Notes under the pieces: generated by a model
The model's input: only the letters and a program-made list of their open reading frames with translations
Databases searched by the model: none
What the model was told of the DNA's origin: nothing
Part shown: one piece after another, positions 10,095-20,178 of the stretch
How the letters are laid out: every line of letters starts with the position of its first letter
Numbering within the stretch: position 1 is the first letter of the stretch
Assembly (NCBI GenBank): GCA_009784685.1
Contig: WRBF01000001.1
Coordinates: forward strand, 2,942 to 66,941
Direction of reading: 5' to 3'
DNA: 64,000 bases
Source of the DNA: Defluviitaleaceae bacterium
Lineage (GTDB): Bacteria > Bacillota > Clostridia > Lachnospirales > WRBF01
Translations under genes and position numbers: made by a program

Positions 10095-11885
10095 CTACAA
10101 CGCATTAACCGGCGGCAGACATCTATCTCCCTCACAAACATAAAATGTAGTTTTATCATCAAGAAGCTTATACTCTTCCGTTGGTTTATTCAAAACCTTT
10201 ACAACCCAATTATGCTTAACTTTAAGTTTATGCAGATCATCAGCATCCTTTAAAACGCAAACAATATCTTTGGTAGGAAGAGAAGAATACATATAAAAGC
10301 TATTATTCCCTGGGTGAGATGAAGCCTCTCCGTCCATAAAGCTATTTTGATTTTGGGAAAGTGTATACAGCCCTTTATCCTTTGTGAGCTTATAAAGCCT
10401 GTCAAGATTATAAGCCATAACAGAATTTCCTGAAGGGATTGCCCCGTCGTAGCTTTCCTTTGGTCTTGCAATAAGCTTCTCGCTATCCTTACCATAGAGA
10501 TAAAATCCGTTGTCCTCGTGATCAAGAAACTGTTCAACAATTTTCCCGTTTACTTCAAGCGCTCTTTCTAAATAGATCTCGTTAAAACAAGCTTCGTACA
10601 GAGAAATTAACGCCATTGTATAAAAGGCATAATCATCAAGATATCCTGTGCCGCTTAACTTGCCATCAGTTATCGCAACATGTATTACATCATCTTTAAT
10701 TAGATTATTTTCGATAAACGAAGCTGCATTCTCAGCTCTTTTCAAATATCGTTCATCTTTAAAAACTCTGTAAGCGTTTGCGTACGCCCAAATCATCAAG
10801 CTATTCCATGCAGTTAGTATTTTATTATCTTTGTGCAAACAAGTCCGGTTTTTGCGGTATTCGTAAATCTTTGGCATGAATTTTGACATATCAATAAAAG
10901 GCGGTTTCTGCCTTATAATATTAGGGATGCTCTCTCCTTCAAAGTTGCCTTTTTCTGTAATATCGTAATAATTGCAAAATTTTTTACCGTCTTCTTCGCC
11001 TAAAATTTTAATTATTTCATCCGGATTGAATACATAATACTTACCTTCAACGCCGTCACTATCAGCATCTTGGGCAGAGTAGAGTCCGCCTTTATGATCA
11101 GTCATTTCACGTTCTATATATTCAAATATCTTATCAGTTATCTCTTTGTACAGCACATTTTCGGTTATTTCATATGCCAAAATATAGGTTGTTGCAAGTA
11201 AAGCATTATCATAAAGCATTTTTTCAAAATGCGGGGCAAGCCACATCTTATCAGTTGAATAACGCGAAAACCCATAACCTATATGATCAAAAATTCCGCC
11301 TTTAAACATTTGAATAAGTGTCTTTTCTGACATGTCAAGTGCTTCAAGCGCTGTGACTTCTGACTGTTTATTAGTTTGTTCATGGTATCCAAGGAGGAAC
11401 ATAAGATTGTGCGGAGACGGGAATTTAGGTGCTCTTCCAAATCCTCCATATTCTGTGTCAAACATCCGCTTGAATGTCAAAAAAGCATTTTCTGTAAGAG
11501 TATCAAACTCAGGTATATGGTGCTTTGTGGTTTCAGCATTCAGGTATTTGATCATCTCATCGCTGCTTTTTGTAAGCTTTTGCCTGTCTTTTTTCCAGTG
11601 GCGCAATATTTGGTTAAGCAGATTTTCGAAGTTTTTTGGCGGAAAATAAGTGCCGGCAAAAAAAGGTTTTTGATCAGCTGACATAAAAATACTTGTAGGC
11701 CAACCTCCGCTGCCTGTATATGCTTGACACACTCTCATGTATACACTGTCAACATCAGGCCGTTCTTCTTTGTCCAATTTAATTGACACGAAATTTTCGT
11801 TTAAAATTCCTGCAATTTCTTTATTTTCAAAGCTCTCGTTCTCCATTACGTGACACCAGTGACAAGTTGATATATCATAATTCAT
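10095..11885 (-). CDS. yyaL: YyaL/DUF255 thioredoxin-domain protein, C-terminal part of split gene
   Basis: [48 protein letters not shown]; ATG overlaps the stop of the N-terminal part (ATGA). Confidence 0.85.
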   Translation of the reverse strand: MNYDISTCHWCHVMENESFENKEIAGILNENFVSIKLDKEERPDVDSVYMRVCQAYTGSGGWPTSIFMSADQKPFFAGTYFPPKNFENLLNQILRHWKKDRQKLTKSSDEMIKYLNAETTKHHIPEFDTLTENAFLTFKRMFDTEYGGFGRAPKFPSPHNLMFLLGYHEQTNKQSEVTALEALDMSEKTLIQMFKGGIFDHIGYGFSRYSTDKMWLAPHFEKMLYDNALLATTYILAYEITENVLYKEITDKIFEYIEREMTDHKGGLYSAQDADSDGVEGKYYVFNPDEIIKILGEEDGKKFCNYYDITEKGNFEGESIPNIIRQKPPFIDMSKFMPKIYEYRKNRTCLHKDNKILTAWNSLMIWAYANAYRVFKDERYLKRAENAASFIENNLIKDDVIHVAITDGKLSGTGYLDDYAFYTMALISLYEACFNEIYLERALEVNGKIVEQFLDHEDNGFYLYGKDSEKLIARPKESYDGAIPSGNSVMAYNLDRLYKLTKDKGLYTLSQNQNSFMDGEASSHPGNNSFYMYSSLPTKDIVCVLKDADDLHKLKVKHNWVVKVLNKPTEEYKLLDDKTTFYVCEGDRCLPPVNAL

Positions 11886-12046
11886 GAGTACCCAATAGAA
11901 AGAAAGATAGGCTTATCCTCAGCCTTTGCTTTTTCAAACGCTTCGTCTCCCCATGGAAACCAATCTACCGGATTATATGCATGTTGCAGTAGATAGGGAG
12001 ATTTTTCGTTAATCAATCTATTGGGTGCTGATGTTGAATTAGTCAT
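11882..12046 (-). CDS. yyaL: YyaL/DUF255 N-terminal fragment (54 aa)
   Basis: Read manually: [54 protein letters not shown]; AGGAGGTG RBS; may be part of a pseudogene. Confidence 0.85.
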   Translation of the reverse strand: MTNSTSAPNRLINEKSPYLLQHAYNPVDWFPWGDEAFEKAKAEDKPIFLSIGYS

Positions 12047-12116
12047 GGGCATCACCTCCTTTAGTTGATTTTTACGAATATAATTCCCCTTCTTTGTTTG
12101 AGATATGCAACAATAT

Positions 12117-12533
12117 TTATTCCGTTTCTAAATTTTCAGGTAAAAAGGGGTATGGCATTAAGTCTTTAAGCTTTACAATTTCATATTCTTCTTCGTTTAA
12201 TGCAAGGATTACATCAAAATCGCTATAATCACAAAACTCAAGCATTACTTGCCTGCATGAGCCGCATGGAGCGCATATTTCATCAGGTGTTTCGCCTGCC
12301 CCTCCTACAATTGCAATTGCTTTGAATTTTTTAACACCGCCGGAAACCGCTTTAAAAAAAGCAGTCTTTTCAGCACAGTTTGTGCATGAATAAGAAGCAT
12401 TTTCGATATTGCAGCCACCAAAAACAACTCCGCTTTCAGCAAGAAGTGCCGCACCGACTTTAAACCCGGAATACGGAGAATAAGAGTTTTTACGAGCATT
12501 GAATGCTGCTTGAATCAAATTTTTAATATCCAT
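12117..12533 (-). CDS. cdd: Cytidine deaminase
   Basis: YSPYS.F.VGAAL, NIENASY..T.CAE, PCG.CRQ. Confidence 0.95.
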   Translation of the reverse strand: MDIKNLIQAAFNARKNSYSPYSGFKVGAALLAESGVVFGGCNIENASYSCTNCAEKTAFFKAVSGGVKKFKAIAIVGGAGETPDEICAPCGSCRQVMLEFCDYSDFDVILALNEEEYEIVKLKDLMPYPFLPENLETE

Positions 12534-12546
12534 GATAGTCCTCCGG

Positions 12547-13254
12547 TTATACTATCGCAAGCGCCAATTCCATCATTTGCGTAAAAGAGGTTTGACGCTC
12601 ATCCGATGTTGCTGCTTCGCCTGTAAACGGGCAGTCAGAAATCGTACAAATACAAAGGGCATTTTTACCTGCTCTTGCTGCGTTCATATATAGTGCGGCA
12701 GCCTCCATCTCAACTGCTAAAACATGCATCTTTTGCCAGGCAACAAGACTTAATGCATCATCATAAAATGTGTCAGATGTAAATACATTACCCACCTTAA
12801 CGTTTAGTTTCATTCCTCTTGCTTTAGCAACCGCTTTTTCAAGTAATTCATAGCTTGCTATAGGTGCATATGTGCCCGGCAAATTATATTGGTCAGCATA
12901 TGAAGAGTTTGTACAAGCTCCCATCCCAATAACTACGTCTTTAACATGTAAACTCTCATCAATTGCTCCGGCCGTGCCAATTCTTATTATGTTTTCAACA
13001 TCATAAAAATTGAACAGTTCGTATGAGTATATACCCATTGACGGCATTCCCATACCACTTGCCATTACACTTACCAGTTTGCCTTTATACTTACCTGTAT
13101 ATCCATGAATCCCGCGTACGTTATTGACTAGCTTTGCATCTTCAAGAAAAGTTTCTGCGATAAATTTTGCACGAAGAGGATCTCCGGGCATTAAGACAGT
13201 CGGTGCGAAATCGCCTTTATTGCATGAAATATGGGGAGTAGGGGTTTTAGACAT
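12547..13254 (-). CDS. deoD: Purine nucleoside phosphorylase (DeoD type)
   Basis: TPHI, VLMPGDPLRAK, GMGMPS, IIRIGTAG, VEMEAA. Confidence 0.95.
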   Translation of the reverse strand: MSKTPTPHISCNKGDFAPTVLMPGDPLRAKFIAETFLEDAKLVNNVRGIHGYTGKYKGKLVSVMASGMGMPSMGIYSYELFNFYDVENIIRIGTAGAIDESLHVKDVVIGMGACTNSSYADQYNLPGTYAPIASYELLEKAVAKARGMKLNVKVGNVFTSDTFYDDALSLVAWQKMHVLAVEMEAAALYMNAARAGKNALCICTISDCPFTGEAATSDERQTSFTQMMELALAIV

Positions 13255-13256
13255 AA

Positions 13257-13928
13257 TTAATATTCTCCTTTTTCGGTTTCGTTATTTTTTATAATATTGA
13301 TAAGGCGGCTTGTTCCAAGCCTTTGTGCTCCAAGTTTTATAAATTTTTCAGCATCCTCAAAATTGTTTATTCCTCCGGATGCCTTTATTTTTACATTTTT
13401 GCCGATATATTTGCTAAGTAGTTCAATATCTTCAAATGTTGCGCCTCCGCTGCTAAACCCTGTTGAAGTTTTAATATAATCTGCACCGGACTCTGTAACA
13501 ATTTCGCACATTTTGATCTTCTCATCATTTGTTAATAGGCATGCTTCAATTATAACTTTTAGCAGCTTGCCTTCACACTCAGACTTAATTTTCTTGATTT
13601 CAGAGAGCACATCGTTATATTTCCGCTCTTTAAGCCTGCCTATGTTTATTACCATATCAATTTCGTCTGCGCCGTCTTCTATCGCTGTAGATGCCTCAAA
13701 GATTTTGGATTTAGTAGTGCTGTAACCAGATGGAAAGCCAATTACAGTACATACAGCGATTTTCCCGAATACATATTTACTTGCAAGTTTAACAAAACTT
13801 GGTGGAATACAGACAGATGCCGTTTTAAAATTAATTCCATCATCGCATAAAGAAGTAATTTGTTCACTTGTCGAACTTGGTGAAAGAAGGGTATGGTCAA
13901 CCATTTTAAGAATTTCAGAAACTTCCAT
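13257..13928 (-). CDS. deoC: Deoxyribose-phosphate aldolase
   Basis: DHTLL, TVIGFP.G, GADEIDMV, KVIIE, KTSTGF, KASGGI, RLGTS. Confidence 0.95.
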   Translation of the reverse strand: MEVSEILKMVDHTLLSPSSTSEQITSLCDDGINFKTASVCIPPSFVKLASKYVFGKIAVCTVIGFPSGYSTTKSKIFEASTAIEDGADEIDMVINIGRLKERKYNDVLSEIKKIKSECEGKLLKVIIEACLLTNDEKIKMCEIVTESGADYIKTSTGFSSGGATFEDIELLSKYIGKNVKIKASGGINNFEDAEKFIKLGAQRLGTSRLINIIKNNETEKGEY

Positions 13929-13947
13929 GTTTTCACCTCATTAACTA

Positions 13948-15099
13948 TCAAATTTCACTCAAATTACAGGCAAATTGACATTTTTCCAGAAGCTGCTCGT
14001 TTCCGTCCGCTGACAAGCGAATAATTTCTTGTCCATTTGAATATACGATATCACCGTTCTCACATACGGTATAATCCATAACACCTTTTTTTAAGCAAGT
14101 TTGGACGCCACTTTTATCTGTACGCACAAGTTCCCAGGTGTATGGGATAATGCCGGGGAATTTTTCTCCTCTGCGTTGATTCGCCTTTAATTCTTGCTCA
14201 GCATTTATCATATTGCCTTCAAAGAACAGTTCTTTCTCGCTTTTTTGCTTTGCCTTTATGTTTGAACCTGACTTCCCGGAACGCAGTGATTCACCGCCGA
14301 ATGCAATAGAAAAATAGTTGAGCAATCCCCAGATAGCTCTAATAATTCTGATAGGGAACATCAATATGTCCAAGAATATATTGCCCTTATCACGTGTATT
14401 ACGGTAAGGTCGTTTTATAAAAAGCAAATTACCGTTCTTATCCTCTTTTGGGGCTATATAGTTAAATTGGTCTGATTCAAACAACTCTTCAACGCTGCCG
14501 ATTTTAGTGCAGTAAACGCATATTCCCGATGGTCCTACTCCCATAGCATATCCTTGTGGTGATTTTGCAAGACCTGCGGAAGAAAAAAATATTTTACTTC
14601 CATCGTTTGAGTAGCTTGGGTAATCTTCTATTGTATCACCCTCTGTAAGTTCTTGGTATCTTCCTGTTTTAAGGTCAAAAATGGCAATATGTCTTTCTGT
14701 AAAATCTCCGATACTTGCTGCACAACTACCCTCAAAGACATCTATCTTATGGATTTGCAATGTATTACTGGCTATAACATGTCCTTCAATATCGGCATCT
14801 TCAAGCCCCTTTTTGTAAAGCCCACCAAGTTCACCAAGCGACGCAGAGTAAACTAAGCCCCCACTATATGAAGAAGCTCCATTTATACTGATATTTCCGG
14901 CTTCTGTATCGTCGGATTCCGGAAAGTGTCCCGTACCCATAAACATTGCACCCGTTCCATTTGTTTTCCATTCGTTGCGGATTTTGATGTTTTTTAAATT
15001 TTCCAGGTACTTAGAAATTTTTTGAGAGTCATACTCTTTCATTCCGCTATCTGTTTTAACATAAAAACGATTTTTTGATGTATATAAAATACCACTCAT
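13948..15099 (-). CDS. Hypothetical protein, possible TolB-like beta-propeller
   Basis: 383-aa ORF with LTEGDTIEDYPSYSNDGSKIFF (PD40-like) and one amphipathic/hydrophobic segment. Confidence 0.65.
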   Translation of the reverse strand: MSGILYTSKNRFYVKTDSGMKEYDSQKISKYLENLKNIKIRNEWKTNGTGAMFMGTGHFPESDDTEAGNISINGASSYSGGLVYSASLGELGGLYKKGLEDADIEGHVIASNTLQIHKIDVFEGSCAASIGDFTERHIAIFDLKTGRYQELTEGDTIEDYPSYSNDGSKIFFSSAGLAKSPQGYAMGVGPSGICVYCTKIGSVEELFESDQFNYIAPKEDKNGNLLFIKRPYRNTRDKGNIFLDILMFPIRIIRAIWGLLNYFSIAFGGESLRSGKSGSNIKAKQKSEKELFFEGNMINAEQELKANQRRGEKFPGIIPYTWELVRTDKSGVQTCLKKGVMDYTVCENGDIVYSNGQEIIRLSADGNEQLLEKCQFACNLSEI

Positions 15100-15113
15100 T
15101 GTTTAACTTCTCC

Positions 15114-15887
15114 TTATAAAAGACTTTTAACCTCAAGCATATTTTCCCAGTATCGTTTAGGCATATGAGTCATGCGGCAACGAGGATTTTCTCTGCTTTC
15201 AATTGAAATCGTGTTATAAAATTGTTTCCATAACGATTGATACATTTCCTCTTTTTCTGATATAGGAGGCAGCTCTAAGTCATCTATTGATATAATTTCA
15301 CTCTTTCTATTCTGGTAAACAAGAGCTGCTTTATGTGTTTTATCAAATATCATGAAGTTTTCATTATCATAACGAAGAGTAAAATGATTTGCGAGAAAAG
15401 GCAGAACGTAATTTTTAGGAGTTATTGTTGAAACAAGAGCCTCTCCGATATCCGAAAAACGGATAAATCCTTTTAAGTTATGAGCCTCCCTAAGCAGATG
15501 TAATTCTGCTGCAAGCAACGGGGCAACTACAGGATCTCCAAGCTTGTTTAACAGTTTACTGCCTTCTTTGTACCCTCGAAAAAGAAAAGCAAGAATTTTA
15601 AGCTCTTTTTGAGGAAGACAGCTTAAAAACACTGTGCAAACAAGGTTTAAAGCTTTTTTAGAAATTTTATTTGGAATAGATTTATGTACCCTTGAAGCTT
15701 TATCATGGTCAGTAACTATTACCTTTGTATCCATAAGCGTTAAAGGCACATCACTTTCAGGTAAAATATCATAAGGAGTCTCTTTGGAGTACACGGATTC
15801 AAACACACAACACAAAAACCCTTCGAAGCTTCCATCGTAAGTGTAGATAATATCTGATATGTCGGCTGAAAGTTTAATATTAGACAT
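15114..15887 (-). CDS. TIGR03915/DUF4130 putative DNA repair/metabolism protein
   Basis: YDGSFEGFLC, REAH..KGFIRF, HF..RY, LW..FY..I.I..R.NP.C...MPKRYW. Confidence 0.88.
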   Translation of the reverse strand: MSNIKLSADISDIIYTYDGSFEGFLCCVFESVYSKETPYDILPESDVPLTLMDTKVIVTDHDKASRVHKSIPNKISKKALNLVCTVFLSCLPQKELKILAFLFRGYKEGSKLLNKLGDPVVAPLLAAELHLLREAHNLKGFIRFSDIGEALVSTITPKNYVLPFLANHFTLRYDNENFMIFDKTHKAALVYQNRKSEIISIDDLELPPISEKEEMYQSLWKQFYNTISIESRENPRCRMTHMPKRYWENMLEVKSLL

Positions 15888-15971
15888 GAATCTTATTCCT
15901 TATCAAAAGTCTGTCGTATTGCTAAAGAATGCCGACTAAAGACTTTTAAATTTCGAGGGTATATTCCCAAA

Positions 15972-16000
15972 ATTATATCATAAAAAATTTTTTCTCACAA
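15972..16000 (-). promoter_or_regulatory. sigma-A promoter for the TIGR03915-deo operon
   Basis: TTGTGA-N17-TATAAT with extended TG on minus strand. Confidence 0.5.
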
Positions 16001-16004
16001 GATA

Positions 16005-16033
16005 TTGACAAAAAAAAGCTTAGTTGATATTAT
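16005..16033 (+). promoter_or_regulatory. sigma-A promoter for the isc operon
   Basis: TTGACA-N17-TATTAT with extended TG. Confidence 0.7.
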
Positions 16034-16092
16034 GGAATAAATAAAACCAACTAACATGGTATGGATTGATATTTGGAAAGGTGGTGAACGCT

Positions 16093-16536
16093 TTGAAAGT
16101 TTCAACGCGCGGACGTTACGGATTGCGTGCCTTGGTCGATATAGCATCACAAGAACAGGGCAAAAGTGTAAAATTAAAATCAATAGCCGAAAGACAAAGT
16201 ATTTCAGAAAACTATTTGGAACAGCTTATCGCTGTTTTAAAGGGTGCAGGGTTGGTTAAAAGCATAAGAGGAGCTTTTGGCGGGTATTCTCTTAACTGCG
16301 ATCCGAAAGAAGTGTCAGTCCGCAGTATTTTAGAGCTACTTGAAGGTTCACTTTACCCTGTTGAATGTCTTTCAAACGAAGAAAAACTAGCCTGCGGTGT
16401 TGGAAGCTGCCAGAACTGCGTAACGAAGCCTGTTTGGGAGAAGATGTACAAAAGTGTTAATGATGTTTTAGACGGTATAACCTTGAATGATTTAGTTAAT
16501 GACTATGTCGAACAATATAATCGAGGCGAAACATAA
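16093..16536 (+). CDS. iscR: Rrf2 family regulator (IscR-like)
   Basis: K.STRGRYGLRA, YLEQL, S.RG..GGY, Cys cluster; heads iscS-iscU; probable TTG start at 16093. Confidence 0.85.
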   Translation: MKVSTRGRYGLRALVDIASQEQGKSVKLKSIAERQSISENYLEQLIAVLKGAGLVKSIRGAFGGYSLNCDPKEVSVRSILELLEGSLYPVECLSNEEKLACGVGSCQNCVTKPVWEKMYKSVNDVLDGITLNDLVNDYVEQYNRGET

Positions 16537-16563
16537 GATTTATAAGGGAGTGGTTAGTTAAAT

Positions 16564-17733
16564 ATGAAACAGAATATATATTTTGATAATGCAGCGACTA
16601 CTGCTGTGCGAAAAGAAGTGTTTGCGGCTATGAAACCTTTTTTTGAAAGAGAATTCGGAAATCCTTCAAGCGTTTATGAAATAGCAAGAAATGCAAAGAG
16701 GCATATCGAAGATGCACGATTGAAAGTCGCAAAAGCGATAGGTGCTGAACCCGAAGAAATCTATTTTACCGGCTCAGGAACAGAAGCTGATAATTGGGCA
16801 ATAAAAGGTGCAGCAGATGCAAATAAAAACAGAGGCAGACATATTATAACATCTGTTATTGAACATCATGCCGTGCTTCATACTTGCGAATATCTTGAAA
16901 AAAATGGTTTTGATGTTACTTATCTTCCTGTCAATGAACATGGCATAATAGAGCCTGAGGAACTTAAAAAAGCAATGAGACCTGAAACAATTGTTGTATC
17001 ATTGATGTTTGCGAATAATGAAATTGGTACTATTCAACCTATTAAAGAGCTTGCAGAAATTACAAAATCCGGCGGGGCAATATTTCATACTGATGCAGTA
17101 CAAGCCGTTGGGCATGTTGAAATAGATGTTAAAGAAATGAATATAGATATGCTTGCTTTGTCCGGTCATAAGCTTGGCGCACCAAAGGGAGTAGGGGCTT
17201 TATATATCAAAAAAGGAACAAAAATTGAACAATTTATACATGGCGGCGGACAAGAACGCAGAAAACGAGGCGGAACAGAAAATGTTGCGGGAATTGTTGG
17301 ACTTGCGGTTGCTGTCGAACTTGCGTCAGTTGAAATTGAAGACGAGCGTAAAAGGCTTGAGTTTTTAAGGGACAAGCTAATTAAGGGGATAGAAGAAAAA
17401 ATACCACATATTCGTGTTAACGGGCACAGAGAAAAACGTCTTCCCGGAAATGTTAATGTTTCATTTGAGTTTATCGAAGGTGAATCGTTGCTTTTACATC
17501 TTGATATGAGCGGGATATTTGCTTCAAGCGGATCTGCTTGTACATCCGGAGACTTAGACCCTTCTCATGTATTGCTTGCTATAGGGCTTCCGCATGAAAT
17601 TGCTCATGGCTCGCTAAGGCTTACGGTTGGAAGAGATAACACAGAGTCAGATGTTGACAAAGTGCTCGAAGTTCTTCCCGGAATTGTACAGCGATTGCGA
17701 GATATGTCTCCATTATATAACCCGGAAAATTAG
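16564..17733 (+). CDS. iscS: Cysteine desulfurase NifS/IscS
   Basis: [31 protein letters not shown]. Confidence 0.95.
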   Translation: MKQNIYFDNAATTAVRKEVFAAMKPFFEREFGNPSSVYEIARNAKRHIEDARLKVAKAIGAEPEEIYFTGSGTEADNWAIKGAADANKNRGRHIITSVIEHHAVLHTCEYLEKNGFDVTYLPVNEHGIIEPEELKKAMRPETIVVSLMFANNEIGTIQPIKELAEITKSGGAIFHTDAVQAVGHVEIDVKEMNIDMLALSGHKLGAPKGVGALYIKKGTKIEQFIHGGGQERRKRGGTENVAGIVGLAVAVELASVEIEDERKRLEFLRDKLIKGIEEKIPHIRVNGHREKRLPGNVNVSFEFIEGESLLLHLDMSGIFASSGSACTSGDLDPSHVLLAIGLPHEIAHGSLRLTVGRDNTESDVDKVLEVLPGIVQRLRDMSPLYNPEN

Positions 17734-17755
17734 AATTGAAAGAGAGGGCAACATT

Positions 17756-18169
17756 ATGTATACTGCTAAAGTTATGGATCATTTTTCAAACCCGCGCAAC
17801 GTTGGGGAAATTTTAAATGCAGACGGTGTAGGAATGGTTGGAAATGCTAAATGCGGCGATATCATGAAAATGCATCTTAAAATAGAAAATGATATTGTTC
17901 TTGATGCAAAATTTAAAACTTTTGGATGTGGAGCTGCTGTTGCTACAAGTAGTGCAGCTACTGAAATGGTCATTGGTAAAACTGTAGAAGAGGCTATTAA
18001 AATAAGCAATAAAGCCGTTATGGATGCTCTCGGAGGTCTTCCTCCTGAAAAAGTTCATTGTTCTTGCCTTGCGGAAGAAGCTTTACATGCAGCGTTATGG
18101 GACTATGCTGTAAAAAATGGCAAATATTATGAAGGTTTAAAATCTCCGGAAGAACATTCTGAACATTAA
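17756..18169 (+). CDS. iscU: Fe-S cluster scaffold IscU/NifU
   Basis: MY..KVMDHF.NPRNVG, CGD, FKTFGC, LPPEKVHCS; ATG at 17756. Confidence 0.94.
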   Translation: MYTAKVMDHFSNPRNVGEILNADGVGMVGNAKCGDIMKMHLKIENDIVLDAKFKTFGCGAAVATSSAATEMVIGKTVEEAIKISNKAVMDALGGLPPEKVHCSCLAEEALHAALWDYAVKNGKYYEGLKSPEEHSEH

Positions 18170-18190
18170 AACTAAAGGATAAGTAAAAAC

Positions 18191-19240
18191 ATGAAAAAAC
18201 GTGTATTAGTAGGTATGTCGGGCGGTGTTGATAGTTCTGTTACGGCATATATTTTAAAGGAACAAGGGTATGAAGTAATCGGCGCAACATTTAATTTTTG
18301 GGATAACGGAAAAAACGGAGCTTCTGATGCAGCATGTGTTTGTGATAAGCTTGATATACCATTTTATACTTTTGATGTGCGGGATGAATTTAAAACGCAT
18401 GTCGTGGACTATTTCATAGACTCTTATGTTAAAGCAGAGACACCTAACCCTTGTGTTGTGTGTAACAGGCATATGAAATGGGCAAAAATGTTAAGCAAGG
18501 CGTTGGAACTTGGTGCTGATTATATAGCGACAGGTCATTATGCTAAAGTTGAATATGATGCAACAAATAATCGGTACTCTTTAAGAAATGCTATTTCGGG
18601 GGCAAAAGATCAAACTTATGCACTTTATAATCTAACACAAGAGCAGCTTAGTAGAGCTATTATGCCACTTGGAGATTATAATAAAACGCAAATCCGTGAA
18701 ATTGCCAAAACTCTTGACTTAAGCGTTGCCGATAAACCCGAAAGCCAGGATATTTGTTTTATTCCGGATGGTGATTACGTTGGATTTATCAAAAGTTATG
18801 CGAAGATTGACCCGGGAGAAGGAAATTTCATCGATTCATCCGGCAACATACTTGGAAAGCATAAGGGCATTATTAACTATACAATAGGGCAGAGAAAAGG
18901 ACTTGGAATTGCAGTTGGAAAGAAAATTTTTGTCAGTAATATTGATGCCGTTACAAATGAGGTTACTTTGTCTGATGAAGACAAGCTCTATTCTAAAGAA
19001 ATATTTGCAAAAAATGTTAATTTTGTTTCGATAAGTGAGATTAAAGATGGATTTAGATGCACTGCAAAAATAAGATATAATCAAAAACCTGCTAATTGTA
19101 CTGTTACATTAAAAAATGGAATATTAAAATGTGAATTTGATGAAGCTCAAAGAGCCTCAACACCGGGACAGGCTTTAGTTCTTTATGATGGCGGTAAGGT
19201 TTTATGCGGCGGAACTATATTAAAATGCCCCATTATTTAG
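18191..19240 (+). CDS. mnmA: tRNA 2-thiouridylase
   Basis: MSGGVDSS, TPNPC..CN, ATGHY, KDQTY, SQDICF, YTIGQRKG, TPGQ. Confidence 0.96.
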   Translation: MKKRVLVGMSGGVDSSVTAYILKEQGYEVIGATFNFWDNGKNGASDAACVCDKLDIPFYTFDVRDEFKTHVVDYFIDSYVKAETPNPCVVCNRHMKWAKMLSKALELGADYIATGHYAKVEYDATNNRYSLRNAISGAKDQTYALYNLTQEQLSRAIMPLGDYNKTQIREIAKTLDLSVADKPESQDICFIPDGDYVGFIKSYAKIDPGEGNFIDSSGNILGKHKGIINYTIGQRKGLGIAVGKKIFVSNIDAVTNEVTLSDEDKLYSKEIFAKNVNFVSISEIKDGFRCTAKIRYNQKPANCTVTLKNGILKCEFDEAQRASTPGQALVLYDGGKVLCGGTILKCPII

Positions 19241-19324
19241 GCATGAAACCAGGTAATGGAAATTAAAAACACTATATTTATCGCTTTTTGCATAAAAAGG
19301 AATACTCTTTTTTGCTTAATAATA

Positions 19325-19353
19325 TTGACATTAGAGATTAATACAAGTATATT
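19325..19353 (+). promoter_or_regulatory. sigma-A promoter for ftsQ-ftsZ
   Basis: TTGACA-N17-TATATT. Confidence 0.6.
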
Positions 19354-19388
19354 ATAAACATTACATAGAAATGATTTAAAGGTGATTT

Positions 19389-20111
19389 ATGAAAAGCCGA
19401 TTTTTTAAAATTGCGCTTGGCATAGTTTTTGTGATTTTTGTGTTATTTTTTATAGCTTCGTCTTCTATGTTTGAAATATCTAAAATTGAAATATTTGGAA
19501 ACAACCGAGTAAGCGAACAGGAAATCAGAACGGCTTCCGGAGTTGTAACCGGAATAAATATTTTAAGTTTTAATGCCAGAGGTGCGAGAAGAGAACTCTT
19601 ACAAAACCATTATATCGAAAGAGTAGTTATCGAAAGAGATCTCTTTAACGGAGTTTTAACAATAACCATTAGAGAACGAGTCCTAAGCGGATTTATAGAA
19701 CATTCAAGCGGTTCCTTTATATACATAGATAAAAACGGCAGAGTTCTTGATGTTAGATCTTATTATACTGAAAGAATGCCTATAGTTGTTGGTCTTCAAT
19801 TCACAGAATTCAGAATTGGGGAGATTTTGAGAGTAGCAAACCAAGCGGCGTTTGATCATTTAGTTGTTTTAACGCAACTTTTTAATAAATATGAAATAGA
19901 GGCGGATGTTCTTAGAGTTGATTTATCAGATGTTACTGATATTCAGATACTTTGGGGGAATGTTAGCGTATTTTTTGGTGATATAAGAGATGCGGATGAA
20001 AAGATCAGAACAGCAAAAGCTATAATCCAAAGACTTGATGACGATAACCTAAAAGGGTTTTTAGATATCCGTGACATAAACAGAGACCCTATTTTCAGGT
20101 TTTTAACTTAA
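19389..20111 (+). CDS. ftsQ: Cell division protein FtsQ/DivIB
   Basis: N-terminal TM, POTRA-like FEI.KI.I.GN, I.IRER, IDK.G.VL; directly upstream of ftsZ. Confidence 0.82.
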   Translation: MKSRFFKIALGIVFVIFVLFFIASSSMFEISKIEIFGNNRVSEQEIRTASGVVTGINILSFNARGARRELLQNHYIERVVIERDLFNGVLTITIRERVLSGFIEHSSGSFIYIDKNGRVLDVRSYYTERMPIVVGLQFTEFRIGEILRVANQAAFDHLVVLTQLFNKYEIEADVLRVDLSDVTDIQILWGNVSVFFGDIRDADEKIRTAKAIIQRLDDDNLKGFLDIRDINRDPIFRFLT

Positions 20112-20178
20112 GTTTTTTAGATTCTAAATTTAGATGTGATTAAGATGTAAAACATAGACTTCAGGGAGGTTTTCGATT

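Noticed and set aside
11882-11884. TGA next to the yyaL CxxC as a second selenocysteine codon
   Set aside because: Read-through stays out of frame with TCHWC and hits TAA within a few codons; the 17-nt insertion explains it.
15950-15961. Shared TACCCTCGA(A/T)AT motif here and at about 29374-29385
   Set aside because: Short match that also occurs inside a coding region (about 15570); compatible with chance.
16040-16072. Possible IscR autoregulatory site (AAACCAACTAACATGGTATGGATT)
   Set aside because: Position is plausible but symmetry is too weak to call without a matrix.
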